The notes under the pieces are model-generated. The model did not search any database. It saw only the letters and a program-made list of their open reading frames with translations, and was not told the DNA's origin. This document shows, piece by piece, positions 1 through 9,861 of a stretch of 64,000 nucleotides of DNA. The stretch covers positions 224,001 to 288,000 of the forward strand of contig OZ223265.1 in assembly GCA_965140585.1 (NCBI GenBank). The letters run 5' to 3'. Made by a program: the position numbers and the translations under genes. Numbering within the stretch: the first letter of the stretch is position 1; each line of letters opens with the position of its first letter. This DNA comes from Spirochaetia bacterium. GTDB lineage: Bacteria > Spirochaetota > Spirochaetia > UBA9216.

Positions 1-2
1 TA

Positions 3-188
3 CCGATGCTGATTACGCCTGCGGTTACGTTCAGGATTGCAGGTGAAAAGCTCAGCTGGGATATCGGCGCTGTTGTTCCCGTAATTATTGAACAGGAATC
101 AGGAAGGTATGTTGCCCACGGGCTCACCGATGAAAACTATACCTTCATCCCGATTCCGATTTTGTCTCTGACTTACAGGATAGATTGA
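3..188 (+). CDS. 3' end of a hypothetical protein, probably starting before the window
   Basis: Frame is open from the window edge to TGA at 186-188. The C-terminus alternates hydrophobic residues (ILSLTYRID), as a beta-strand would. Confidence 0.5.
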   Translation, partial: PMLITPAVTFRIAGEKLSWDIGAVVPVIIEQESGRYVAHGLTDENYTFIPIPILSLTYRID

Positions 189-198
189 GAACTGGAGA

Positions 199-585
199 CT
201 AAGCCAGCCTTTCAGCGCCGCAGTAGATTTCGAATGGTTTAAGATAGAAAGCTGCGTTTGGTGTCATTTCCGGACGGTTCTCATGTACCCAGTCTGCAAC
301 TTCATCATAACCTATCCCCTCTGTAACGCATTCTGCGCTGCATTTAATCTGATAGGCTTTTTTTGTATCCGGATCAAGTACAACAACACTCATAACCGGA
401 TTGCTGTCGAGGTTTGAACGGGTTTTTACAAATTTATTATCTGCAACCACAAGTGTCTTATCATCAACAGCCTTGATATATGTGACATACACAAGGTTGG
501 GTACTCCGTTTTTATCTGCGGTTGCAATACATGTTGGTTTTGTTTTTTCAATGGCAGTCAGAACTTCTGCTGAAAGTTTTACCAT
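199..585 (-). CDS. Pyridoxamine 5'-phosphate oxidase-like FMN-binding split-barrel protein
   Basis: IATADKNGVPN and KTRSNLDSNP motifs; 128 aa; SD (GGAG) upstream. Confidence 0.8.
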   Translation of the reverse strand: MVKLSAEVLTAIEKTKPTCIATADKNGVPNLVYVTYIKAVDDKTLVVADNKFVKTRSNLDSNPVMSVVVLDPDTKKAYQIKCSAECVTEGIGYDEVADWVHENRPEMTPNAAFYLKPFEIYCGAERLA

Positions 586-667
586 CAGAGGGACTCCTTC
601 ATTGTCTGGAAGACAGTTATAAACATATGTTCAATACTATCAAATATTAGAACTATACGTCCACACT

Positions 668-868
668 TTACTCAGAATAAGTAAAAACATCCTCAATATT
701 TTTTCCGAAAAGCAAGGCAACCTTGAAACCCATCTCCAGTGAGGGAACATAGCGGTTCTTTTCAAGGGAAATAATTGTCTGTCGTGTTACATTTAGCCTA
801 GTAGCGAACTCTTCCTGGGTCCAGCCCGCATTCTTCCTAAGCTCAGCTACCCTGTTTATAATCATCAT
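668..868 (-). CDS. XRE/Cro-CI family HTH transcriptional regulator
   Basis: ELRKNAGWTQEEFATRLNVTRQTIISLEKNRYVPSL is a classic HTH_3 pattern; overlaps the upstream gene by 4 nt. Confidence 0.92.
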   Translation of the reverse strand: MMIINRVAELRKNAGWTQEEFATRLNVTRQTIISLEKNRYVPSLEMGFKVALLFGKNIEDVFTYSE

Positions 869-1263
869 CCCTTCCTGGCAAGTAATGCATATGAAAGACC
901 AAAAACACCAGATAGTATGGACACCGTAAGGACTGCGCCCATTCCGATAAATTTAAGTTCAGTAAAATCTGGAAAGACATTCATTACAAAAAATCCGAAT
1001 ATAAATATTAGCGGTGTAAGTATCCGAAATGAGACAAACATGGCTTTTTCGGCTAGAGAACGAGTTCGTTCATCTCCAAGAGACTCAGCAACTTTTCGGA
1101 CCGACAGTCTGTCGATTATAATCAGCAATACTGCAGCTGAAAGCGCATAAATCCACATTCCCTGCAGGGTAAGTCCCGGAAAAATAACAGGAAGAATAAA
1201 ACCGGAAAGTATAAGCAGAACAATCCCAATCGGAAGGATTTTTGAATATGTTTCTCTTTTCAT
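865..1263 (-). CDS. Four-helix membrane protein (DUF2178-like)
   Basis: Four hydrophobic segments with a central DERT motif; this family is typically paired with an XRE regulator. Confidence 0.7.
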   Translation of the reverse strand: MKRETYSKILPIGIVLLILSGFILPVIFPGLTLQGMWIYALSAAVLLIIIDRLSVRKVAESLGDERTRSLAEKAMFVSFRILTPLIFIFGFFVMNVFPDFTELKFIGMGAVLTVSILSGVFGLSYALLARKG

Positions 1264-1274
1264 TTACAGACTCC

Positions 1275-1319
1275 AAATGTAAAATATGTTTTACATTTAA
1301 TGTAAAATGTTTTTTACAT
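1275..1319. promoter_or_regulatory. Tandem palindromic operator ATGTAAAA-N4-TTTTACAT (two copies)
   Basis: Copies start at 1277 and 1300, directly upstream of the membrane protein/XRE operon. Confidence 0.75.
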
Positions 1320-1327
1320 CAAGTCAA

Positions 1328-1363
1328 GAAAAAAACCGACTGGAATAAACTTCCAGCCGGTTT
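1328..1363 (-). terminator. Rho-independent terminator of the nucleotidase gene
   Basis: Inverted repeat AAACCGACTGGAA/TTCCAGCCGGTTT with an adjacent A-run (U-tail on the minus strand). Confidence 0.7.
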
Positions 1364-1386
1364 CATATCTGATTTTACGGGAAAAC

Positions 1387-3198
1387 TCAGTCTACCATGA
1401 GTCCTTCATAAAGAATCTTGTAATCAACAACTTTAGCAGCATTCCACCAGTCTGCTGGTACTACTGACCAGTTGCCGATAGCTGCAGGTTTTACAGTTCC
1501 TTCCTTTTCAATCCAGGTCATCAGATAGTAGCGGAGGTCCTGAAGTGTTGAAGACATCATCCTTGTTTCAAGCTCTTCATCGGTAAGTCCGGCACCGCGG
1601 GTAAGGTGTCCGCCGCCGCCGCTTGCACGGTATGAGTTGATGGCGACGAGGTAGGTTTCATCCATTTTAAAGGCTCTGCCGTCTGAGAAGCCCTTGATTG
1701 CGACTCTCTGACCGGCAGGTTTTGAAACATCAACTGTGTAGTCGATTCCGGCGGCTGAGTCGTAGTTATAGTAGCGGGTTGCGGTATCGTATGAAGAGTA
1801 TCTCTCGTTGTATATCATCTTTCCGGCATCATCACGCTTGAAATTGATTAGACGGTCATCAGGACCGGTCATTGTTCCGAACCAGTTGGCATATGAATAC
1901 TCGAGAAAATCCTTGATTTCCTGACCGGTAAGGTTCATGGTGTACAGAAGGTTTTCATACTGATAAAGTTTGAACATATCGCGTACATAAACCTTTCCTT
2001 CCTTGATTGTGGCGTCGAAGGAAAGAGGTGCTGCAAATGAAACATCTGCATCGGTGAGTTCAAGCTGGATTCTGTGAATCAGGTCAACAAAGGGTGAATC
2101 GCCGAACATGGCCTCTCTCGTACCTATTGTTGCTGTAAATTCACCTATCGACTTTGCAACAAAATCTTTAACTTCCTGTTTTACACCTTCAAACTCTGCA
2201 GCAAATGCTGCATCAACCGGAAGTGTATCTCCCTCAATTATTTCAGCACTTATATCCTTGTTCCATGATTTTGATGCCTTGTCATAGCTCATTTTTACAC
2301 TTACAGAAGCTATACTTCTTGCGGCATTTGTTCCGCCTGCAATTAAAACTTCATTTCCTGAAGGGTCTTTAACCGTGTAATTATGTGACTGATGATCATG
2401 TCCGGTGAGAATTACATCAAATCCTGATACCGCCTTAGCTACAAGCTCGACACCATTCGGGTTTAGAACATCACCTTCTGCATAACCGTCATATGTGAAA
2501 TCTGTTCCGGCATGGAAAAGGCCTATCAGAAGGTCCGGCTTCTCATCTGCAAGGATTTTCGGAACCCATTTTTCAGCGGTTTCAACCATCCCCTTGAATT
2601 CCATACCTTCCCAGAGGTTTTCAGGCAGCCAGGTTGGAACACCCGGAGTACACATGCCAAGCACAGCAATCTTTGCTCCGCCCTTCCAGATGATTGTGTA
2701 GGGAGTAAAATAGGGTTCACCGTTTGATTTATCTATTACATTAGCAGCAAGCCATGGGAAGTTAAACTCATCTAACAACTTATCATAAACATCATGCCCG
2801 GCTTCTACATCGTGGTTACCTACAGAACCGGCATCATAGCCTGCATAATTCATCACAAGACTTGCTATGTGCTGTTTATCAGTTGCTACGAAGTTTGAAT
2901 AGTAAACTACCGGCTGGCCCTGAAGTATATCTCCATTGTCAAGAAATAGAACTTTCTGACCTTCTTTCTTTCTCTCGGAAGTGACATAGCTCATCACCTG
3001 AGTCAGCGATGTTTTTGATTCCCTGTCGTTGATAAAATCATAGGGAAAGATCGAACCGTGTATGTCTGTTGTCTCGATGATTTTAAGCGTGAAGTCACCG
3101 GTGTAATCCATCTCCGGATTCGATGTGCTCAGACAGCCTGTGATCAACAGAACTGCTGCGAGTAGTGAAAAAAAGACTGGTAATAGTTTTCTTTTCAT
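1387..3198 (-). CDS. cpdB: 2',3'-cyclic-nucleotide 2'-phosphodiesterase / nucleotidase lipoprotein (CpdB/UshA family)
   Basis: Metallophosphoesterase motifs TTDIHG, DNGD, GNHD and GHDH; 5'-nucleotidase C-terminal domain; lipobox LLITGC. Confidence 0.85.
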   Translation of the reverse strand: MKRKLLPVFFSLLAAVLLITGCLSTSNPEMDYTGDFTLKIIETTDIHGSIFPYDFINDRESKTSLTQVMSYVTSERKKEGQKVLFLDNGDILQGQPVVYYSNFVATDKQHIASLVMNYAGYDAGSVGNHDVEAGHDVYDKLLDEFNFPWLAANVIDKSNGEPYFTPYTIIWKGGAKIAVLGMCTPGVPTWLPENLWEGMEFKGMVETAEKWVPKILADEKPDLLIGLFHAGTDFTYDGYAEGDVLNPNGVELVAKAVSGFDVILTGHDHQSHNYTVKDPSGNEVLIAGGTNAARSIASVSVKMSYDKASKSWNKDISAEIIEGDTLPVDAAFAAEFEGVKQEVKDFVAKSIGEFTATIGTREAMFGDSPFVDLIHRIQLELTDADVSFAAPLSFDATIKEGKVYVRDMFKLYQYENLLYTMNLTGQEIKDFLEYSYANWFGTMTGPDDRLINFKRDDAGKMIYNERYSSYDTATRYYNYDSAAGIDYTVDVSKPAGQRVAIKGFSDGRAFKMDETYLVAINSYRASGGGGHLTRGAGLTDEELETRMMSSTLQDLRYYLMTWIEKEGTVKPAAIGNWSVVPADWWNAAKVVDYKILYEGLMVD

Positions 3199-3316
3199 CT
3201 TTTTACTCCTTTTTACTCCTTTTTATTTTTTTATTAATTTATTGTAATACCAGTACGCGGATATTAAAAGAGTATTAGTTCTCAAAAAGAAAAGGATTAG
3301 AAAAGTATATTTAAAG

Positions 3317-4003
3317 TTACAGTCCTTCTCCGGCAAGCTCTCTCACAATTGATTCCGCAGAATCAAGACTACATCCGAAACGGCCGACTCCCAGCTCGAC
3401 CATTTTCTGAGCTGTTTTCATATCACGGACACCTCCGGCAGCTTTTATCCCGCACCCCGTCCCTTCGACGGCTTTTTTAATGATGCCGACGTTTTTAAAA
3501 TTTGCTCCCGTTTCTGCCCAGCCTGTCGCGGTTTTTACGAACCTTGCACCGCAGTCAGCAGCAATCTTTGATGCAGTAAATATTTCTTCATCAGTCAGGT
3601 GATGTACTTCCAATATGGTTTTTAAAATCCTTCCATTTGCAGCTTTGACCACAGCGCTAATATCATTTTCAAATTCCTTCAGCATTCCGGCCTTAAGCCA
3701 TGTGATATTTATAACCATATCAATCTCGCCGCAACCGGATTTAAGCAAATCTTCAGTTTCCCTGATTTTCATTGAAGTACTGGCACCTCCAGAAGGAAAC
3801 CCTACAGCTCCTCCAATGAAGGTTTTACTATTAGAGCCTAACATTGTTTTCAACAGCTCAATGTGCGCGGGCAAGCTATAGACTCCTGCAAATCCCCAGT
3901 TTTGAGCAAGGTCGACCATTCTTTTAAGTTCTGTAATAGATGATTCAGCCTTTACAACAGCCAAATCTGTTATTTTTGCAAAATTTTCTGTTGTGAGTTT
4001 CAT
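3317..4003 (-). CDS. deoC: Deoxyribose-phosphate aldolase-like class I aldolase
   Basis: VGFPSG, EIDMVIN, KTILE, VKTATG and IKAAGGVR motifs. ATG at 4003 chosen from the GGAGG SD. Confidence 0.8.
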   Translation of the reverse strand: MKLTTENFAKITDLAVVKAESSITELKRMVDLAQNWGFAGVYSLPAHIELLKTMLGSNSKTFIGGAVGFPSGGASTSMKIRETEDLLKSGCGEIDMVINITWLKAGMLKEFENDISAVVKAANGRILKTILEVHHLTDEEIFTASKIAADCGARFVKTATGWAETGANFKNVGIIKKAVEGTGCGIKAAGGVRDMKTAQKMVELGVGRFGCSLDSAESIVRELAGEGL

Positions 4004-4140
4004 TATTGCCTCCATATTTTCTATCTGTATTATTTTGAGACACCCACAAGACAGTTGTCAAGAATCAATTTCCGTTAAAAAATATATCATTGGAATTTTA
4101 TTGCTTGATATGTCTCATTTTTAGACATATGATGATTCAC

Positions 4141-6102
4141 ATGGATCCATTTGAAATATGGCGTAATTTTGCGGTTGATAAAACGACATCATCTCCGGAG
4201 AATATCAGAAATATTATATCGGACTCATGGGAACGCAGCAGGCGCTACGGAATAGATCCTCTTTTTTCCGGCATAAAAATGGTCAATGATGAAGAAATCG
4301 AAAAGCGCCGACTTAGGCGCACTGATTTATTGAAAGCAGCAATGCCCCATCTTCATAAACTTTATAAAATAATCAATAAAAGCCTTACTACAATAACTCT
4401 TTCAGATGAAGACGGGGTCATTCTTGAAGCGTTTTATAATGAAGAACTCGCCGGGATGAAAAATTTCCCGGCTGTAGGGTCTGTTCACTCCGAATCAGCA
4501 GTTGGAACCGGCGGTATAGGAATAGCTATAGCCACTGCCCAGCCTGTACAAGTAATAGGGGCAGAACACTGGTTGAAGGATAACCATCATTGGCACTGCA
4601 ATGCTGTCCCGATAAGCAGAAATGATGTTCTTATTGGAACTCTGAACCTATTATGCCCCATGGAAAATGGCCATGAACATTCACTGGGGATGGTTTCTGC
4701 AGCTGCATACGCTATCGAAAGAGAAATGGAGATGAACGTAATCCTTCGGGAGCATAAGAATCTGGCAAGCCTCCAGAAAACAGTTATCGAACTTCTGGAT
4801 ACCGGCCTGATAATTACCGACCGGAACTGCGTAATCACCCAGAACAATGGAAAGGCAGAGCAGATTCTTGAGCGTAGAGGTGACTGGTCAGGTCTGGATC
4901 TCTCATCTGTGATCACTACAAGCTATGATTTCAGAAGTGTTGTAAAAAACAAAATTCAACTTGATAATTACGAAATACCTGTAAAGATAGGAAACAGGCA
5001 TACATATCTAGGGTTTTCTACAGCTTTTATTGAGAATAATTCACAGACAGAAAGGATGGTTGTAAGAATCAGGGAGGCCCAGTCAATAAGGCATTTTGCC
5101 AATATTGCGGGAGGCTCCAAAGCTATTTATAATTTCGAAGATATAATCGGAGTTTCGAAACCCCTGGATAAATCGATGAAAATAGCCCATCTTGCCTCAA
5201 AAAATACAACAAACGTTCTAATCACCGGTGAAAGCGGAACCGGCAAAGAACTCATAGCACAATCCATACATAATGCCAGCAAGAGAAAAGATCACCCCTT
5301 TGTTGCAATAAACTGTGGCGCATTATCAAGGGAACTCATACAGTCTGAACTGTTCGGATATGAAGGGGGAGCTTTTACCGGAGCAAAAAAGAACGGCAAC
5401 CCGGGTAAATTTGAACTTGCAGACGGAGGAACTCTGTTCCTTGATGAAATTGGAGAGATGCCCCTTGATGCACAGACAAACCTGCTGAGAGTACTTCAAA
5501 CAGGCAACGTCCTTCGAATCGGGGCACGGCACCCAAACAAGGTTGATGTAAGAATAATTGCTGCTACAAACAAGAACCTGGAATGGGAGATAAGCCAGAA
5601 AAACTTCCGGAAAGATCTTTACTACCGTCTGAATGTACTTCAAATTGCATTGCCTCCGCTTAGGGAAAGAATATCGGATGTAGATATTCTTGCAGAATAC
5701 TTCCTTGAGCGGTTCACAAAGGAAATGAACTACACAATTGACGGTTTTACAGAAGAAGCAGCTGATGCTTTGAGAAAATACAGCTGGCCGGGAAATATCA
5801 GGGAGCTGGAAAATACAGTCGAACGCGCAGTTCTCATAACCCGGGATAATCAGATAACAGCTGCAGACCTCCCGGACTCAATAATTAAACAAACGGAAGA
5901 TACAGATTTACAAGTCTTCAGGGAGTCCTCAGCGGGAGGACATCCATCAAGTATAAGTGATATGGAGATTGAATATATTCGAGAGCTCCTGGTTGAACAT
6001 CATGGTAATTTACGTTCCGCTTCAACAGCTATGGGTGTAGCCCGAAGTACGCTTTATAACAAACTGAAAAAGTACAACCTGAATGCAGATGATTACAGGT
6101 GA
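4141..6102 (+). CDS. Sigma54-dependent activator, GAF-PAS-AAA+-HTH (AcoR/DhaR type)
   Basis: SWERS GAF start, GESGTGKE, GAFTGA, LFLDEIGE, WPGNIREL and a C-terminal Fis HTH. The start codon is uncertain (4090-4141). Confidence 0.92.
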   Translation: MDPFEIWRNFAVDKTTSSPENIRNIISDSWERSRRYGIDPLFSGIKMVNDEEIEKRRLRRTDLLKAAMPHLHKLYKIINKSLTTITLSDEDGVILEAFYNEELAGMKNFPAVGSVHSESAVGTGGIGIAIATAQPVQVIGAEHWLKDNHHWHCNAVPISRNDVLIGTLNLLCPMENGHEHSLGMVSAAAYAIEREMEMNVILREHKNLASLQKTVIELLDTGLIITDRNCVITQNNGKAEQILERRGDWSGLDLSSVITTSYDFRSVVKNKIQLDNYEIPVKIGNRHTYLGFSTAFIENNSQTERMVVRIREAQSIRHFANIAGGSKAIYNFEDIIGVSKPLDKSMKIAHLASKNTTNVLITGESGTGKELIAQSIHNASKRKDHPFVAINCGALSRELIQSELFGYEGGAFTGAKKNGNPGKFELADGGTLFLDEIGEMPLDAQTNLLRVLQTGNVLRIGARHPNKVDVRIIAATNKNLEWEISQKNFRKDLYYRLNVLQIALPPLRERISDVDILAEYFLERFTKEMNYTIDGFTEEAADALRKYSWPGNIRELENTVERAVLITRDNQITAADLPDSIIKQTEDTDLQVFRESSAGGHPSSISDMEIEYIRELLVEHHGNLRSASTAMGVARSTLYNKLKKYNLNADDYR

Positions 6103-6119
6103 AAAATGAATGAAAACAC

Positions 6120-6166
6120 TACATGTCCGTAAGACATGTACAGACTACATGTCTTATATCGCTACA
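6120..6166. promoter_or_regulatory. Candidate upstream activator sequence for the sigma54 activator
   Basis: Palindrome TACATGTC-N5-GACATGTA (6120-6140) plus a repeated CTACATGTC half-site, about 100 bp upstream of the -24/-12 promoter. Confidence 0.6.
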
Positions 6167-6238
6167 CGCCTTCTACTGTATAGGAGTTATTTTTTAAATT
6201 ATTTGAACCTTTTAAGTTCAATTCCCTCATTTTAAAGA

Positions 6239-6255
6239 TTGGCATGCTTTCTGCA
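6239..6255 (+). promoter_or_regulatory. Sigma54 (-24/-12) promoter
   Basis: TTGGCATGCTTTCTGCA: GG at 6241-42, exactly 10 nt, then GC at 6253-54. Confidence 0.85.
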
Positions 6256-6306
6256 TTAGATAACTCAACTTCGTATGAAGTTAAAAATAAATCAGGAGGA
6301 TTTAAT

Positions 6307-7323
6307 ATGAATTTAGTAAGGAGAATTGGAATTGGTGTACTGATGCTAATGATAGCAGGCACACTATTCGCTGCAGGACAGCAGGATGCATCAGGTCCAG
6401 CTGGAGAAAAACCATATGAAATCGCAGTTGTTATCAAAGCTACAGACTCAGATTTCTGGCAGTATCTGCTTGTTGGCGCTAAAAATTATGAAGCAGAGCA
6501 TCCTGATCTGGTAAAGGTCACAACCTACGGTCCGCCATCTGAAGCAGATATCGCTCAGCAGGTTGCTATCCTTGAAGATGTTATTTCCAAAAACCCCGAC
6601 GGAATAGTTATTGCTTCAACAAGTTCTGATGCTACTGTACCTGCACTCGAATCAGCTTATGACAAGGGAATTGCAATTGTCACAGTCGACAACAAAGTAA
6701 ACACGGACAAGGTTCACACCTTCCTGGCTACAGATAATCTGGTAGGCGGTGCAATGGCTGCAGAAAAGATGGTTGAGTATATGAAGAGCTCGGGTATTCC
6801 TCTCAAAGGCAAGGTTGGTGTAGTTAGCGCAATGGCAGGTATTCAGGTTCTTACGGATCGTGACAGCGGATTCGCCAACAGACTCAAGGAACTTGCACCG
6901 AATATCGAAATCCTTGAAACCAGATATGTTGACAACGACATTGTCAAAGCACTGGGTGTAACTGAAGACCTTATCACCACCAATGGTGATGAGCTTATCG
7001 GTATTTTTGCTGACAACAACCATACAGCTGACGGTGTTGCAAGAGCTATCGGTGAACAGGGACTCAAAGATAAGGTAATCGTAACAGGCTATGATTCAGA
7101 CCCAGAAGAAGTTGCAGCAATTAAATCAGGCGTTCTAAAAGCTATCATGGTCCAGGACCCATATGGAATGGGATACAAGGGAGTAGATTCAGCAGTAACA
7201 ATTATTGAAGGCGGTTCACTTCCATCATTCGTAGATACCGGGGTTGTCGGTGTTGAAAAGAGTAATGTTAACGATGCTGATATACAGGGCCTCCTTGATC
7301 CTTATTCAATGAAAAAATACTAA
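6307..7323 (+). CDS. Sugar ABC transporter substrate-binding protein (RbsB-like)
   Basis: Signal peptide ending FAAGQQD; SDFW, ATDN, GYD and QDPYGMGY motifs; AGGAGG SD at ~6294. Confidence 0.92.
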   Translation: MNLVRRIGIGVLMLMIAGTLFAAGQQDASGPAGEKPYEIAVVIKATDSDFWQYLLVGAKNYEAEHPDLVKVTTYGPPSEADIAQQVAILEDVISKNPDGIVIASTSSDATVPALESAYDKGIAIVTVDNKVNTDKVHTFLATDNLVGGAMAAEKMVEYMKSSGIPLKGKVGVVSAMAGIQVLTDRDSGFANRLKELAPNIEILETRYVDNDIVKALGVTEDLITTNGDELIGIFADNNHTADGVARAIGEQGLKDKVIVTGYDSDPEEVAAIKSGVLKAIMVQDPYGMGYKGVDSAVTIIEGGSLPSFVDTGVVGVEKSNVNDADIQGLLDPYSMKKY

Positions 7324-7334
7324 TGAAGTTTTAT

Positions 7335-7367
7335 GGGAAAGCAGTCAGAAGGCTGCTTTCCCTTTTT
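7335..7367 (+). terminator. Intra-operon stem-loop after the binding-protein gene
   Basis: GGGAAAGCAGTC-AGAA-GGCTGCTTTCCC followed by T5. Confidence 0.7.
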
Positions 7368-7384
7368 AGTTACAGGAGGACGGT

Positions 7385-8878
7385 TTGAGCGAAACAGCAT
7401 TTATTGAGCTGAATCAGATAGTTAAAAATTTCCCCGGTGTTAAAGCACTTAACGGGGTTGGTTTTTCAGTTTATCCAGGCGAGGTTCATGGATTGGTCGG
7501 GGAAAATGGAGCTGGAAAATCAACAATTATCAAAATACTTATGGGCGTACACCAGAAAGATGAAGGCTCGATAAAAATAAACGGGGAAGATGTCACTATA
7601 GAAAACACTATAAAGGCTGGGAAACTCGGACTTTCAGCCGTTTACCAGGATCTGAACCTTGCTCTTGATCTGAGTATAGGTGAAAATTTCTTCATTGGTA
7701 ATCTTCCAAGAAAAAAAACAGGTTTAATCGATTGGAAGCATATCTATGAAGAAACTGAAAAGACACTCAGGGAACTGAAGATTACAGTTAATCCCAAAAG
7801 CAAAATTTCCGAGCTTTCACCGGCTATGCAGGAGATGGTCGCCATTGCAAAGACTGTTCATCTGAATGCCAAACTTGTAGTTTTTGATGAACCTACAGCG
7901 TTGCTGACCAATGATGAAGTGGATATTCTCTTCAACATCATCAATACCCTCAAAGAAAAAAACGTTGCCATAATCTATATATCACACCGTCTGGAAGAAA
8001 TTTTTCGTATCTGTGAAACTGTTACAATTTTCAAAGACGGTGAAAAAATCGACAGCCTTAAAGTAAGTGAGACAAATGAGGAAGAGCTGATCAACAAGAT
8101 GGTCGGAAGGAATATCAGCGAAATGTACGCCATCGAACACCAGCCCCCCGGACGAGAACTTCTTACAGTAAAAAATATCACAAGTAAAGGAAAATTCCGT
8201 GATATCAGTTTCAGCGTAAGATCCGGTGAGATTTTTGGTTTTTTCGGTCTTGTAGGTTCAGGACGAACAGAGATCGTAAGATCCCTGTTTGGAGCGGATC
8301 CACTGGACAGTGGAGAAATCCTTCTTGACGGTAAAGAATACAAACCCAGAAACCCAATTGACGGTATAAAAAATGGGATCGGCCTACTTCCGGAAAACAG
8401 AAAAGAGGAAGGACTGGCTCTTGGACTATCGGTAAAGCATAATATCAACCTTTCATCCTACATGGATATCAACAAGTTGGGTTTTGTAAAAAGTAAGATA
8501 GAAAACGAACGAGCGAATCTCTATATAGATAAAATGAATATCAAGACACCTTCCAACAACCAGATTGTAGGAAATCTATCGGGAGGAAACCAGCAGAAGG
8601 TTGTAATCGGAAAGTGGCTATGCAATGACAGCAGCATTCTTATTTTTGATGAACCTACTGTAGGCATTGACGTAGGGGCAAAACGGGAGATTTTCAAACT
8701 GATGGAAGAGCTTGCCTCATATGGAAAAGCAATAGTACTGATCTCATCCTACCTGCCTGAAGTAATGGGACTCTCCGACAGAATTGCAGTCATCTATGAG
8801 GGAAATCTTTCAGCTGTAGTCGAAAGAAAAGATTTTGACGAGGAACTAATACTTAAACATGCCTCAGGCATAAATTGA
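7385..8878 (+). CDS. Sugar ABC transporter ATP-binding protein (CUT2, two ABC domains)
   Basis: GENGAGKST, FDEPT and LSGGNQQK motifs; TTG start behind a GGAGG SD. Confidence 0.95.
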   Translation: MSETAFIELNQIVKNFPGVKALNGVGFSVYPGEVHGLVGENGAGKSTIIKILMGVHQKDEGSIKINGEDVTIENTIKAGKLGLSAVYQDLNLALDLSIGENFFIGNLPRKKTGLIDWKHIYEETEKTLRELKITVNPKSKISELSPAMQEMVAIAKTVHLNAKLVVFDEPTALLTNDEVDILFNIINTLKEKNVAIIYISHRLEEIFRICETVTIFKDGEKIDSLKVSETNEEELINKMVGRNISEMYAIEHQPPGRELLTVKNITSKGKFRDISFSVRSGEIFGFFGLVGSGRTEIVRSLFGADPLDSGEILLDGKEYKPRNPIDGIKNGIGLLPENRKEEGLALGLSVKHNINLSSYMDINKLGFVKSKIENERANLYIDKMNIKTPSNNQIVGNLSGGNQQKVVIGKWLCNDSSILIFDEPTVGIDVGAKREIFKLMEELASYGKAIVLISSYLPEVMGLSDRIAVIYEGNLSAVVERKDFDEELILKHASGIN

Positions 8879-9843
8879 AGGAGAGTGCAGTGAAAAAACT
8901 GATAGAAAAATTCAAAAACGGTAAAATTGCGGAAGGAAACCTTATACTGATCCTACTGGCAGTAATTATCCTGCTGGCAATATTTTCACCTACTTTTTTA
9001 ACAACCAATAATATTAAAAACCTGGTTAGACAGACTTCAATAATCGGGATAGTAGCCATAGGCATGACTTTTGTAATTATTTCAGGCGGTATTGACCTTT
9101 CTGTAGGCTCCATACTTGGAGTTTCAAGCATAATAAGCGCAATGATGATGGCAAACGGCACATCGATATTTACTGCAGTCATTGTTTCAATACTTGCCTG
9201 CACGATGCTCGGAATAATTAATGGAGTAATCGTTTTTGACGGTAAAGTACCACCCTTCATAGCCACCCTTGGAATGATGACAGCCGCAAGAGGTATTGTA
9301 ATGCTGATGTCGGGGGCCAGAATGATTGCTGGACTGCCGCGAAGCTTCTCAAGATTCGCACAGCTGAATATAGCGGGGATGCCGTCACTTTTCTTTGTGT
9401 GGCTTCTGGTGATTATAGCAACCTATATAATCACTTCACGCACAGTTACTGGCCGCAATCTTTTTGCATTCGGCTCAAACCCCGAAGCGGCCCGTCTGTC
9501 CGGAATAAACATCAGAATGCTTACATACTTTATCTATGGTATCTCAGGATTCATGTGTTCCATAGCTGGGATACTGATGACCTCGAGGCTGTCAAATGGT
9601 ATACCGACCGCAGGTACCGGCTATGAACTTGATGCCATAGCTGCTGCGGTAGTAGGAGGAGCTTCACTGAACGGAGGATCAGGGACGATTCTGGGAACAG
9701 TTCTCGGTGCCCTGCTTATAGCAATAATTAAAAACGGCGGAAACCTACTCGGAATAAATCCCTTCATTCTCCAGATAGCAGTCGGATTTTTAATTGTAGT
9801 ATCTGTAATGATTGACCAGAAAAGAAAGGCATCAGGAAAATAA
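8875..9843 (+). CDS. Sugar ABC transporter permease (RbsC-like)
   Basis: GGIDLSVGS, PPFIATLG and ELDAIAAAVVGG motifs. The start may be the GTG at 8890. Confidence 0.95.
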   Translation: MKESAVKKLIEKFKNGKIAEGNLILILLAVIILLAIFSPTFLTTNNIKNLVRQTSIIGIVAIGMTFVIISGGIDLSVGSILGVSSIISAMMMANGTSIFTAVIVSILACTMLGIINGVIVFDGKVPPFIATLGMMTAARGIVMLMSGARMIAGLPRSFSRFAQLNIAGMPSLFFVWLLVIIATYIITSRTVTGRNLFAFGSNPEAARLSGINIRMLTYFIYGISGFMCSIAGILMTSRLSNGIPTAGTGYELDAIAAAVVGGASLNGGSGTILGTVLGALLIAIIKNGGNLLGINPFILQIAVGFLIVVSVMIDQKRKASGK

Positions 9844-9861
9844 AACAGGGGAAATATCGAT

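Noticed and set aside
6244-6306. N-terminal extension of the SBP in the ORF track
   Set aside because: That ATG lies inside the sigma54 promoter; the ATG at 6307 has a strong SD and begins the signal peptide.
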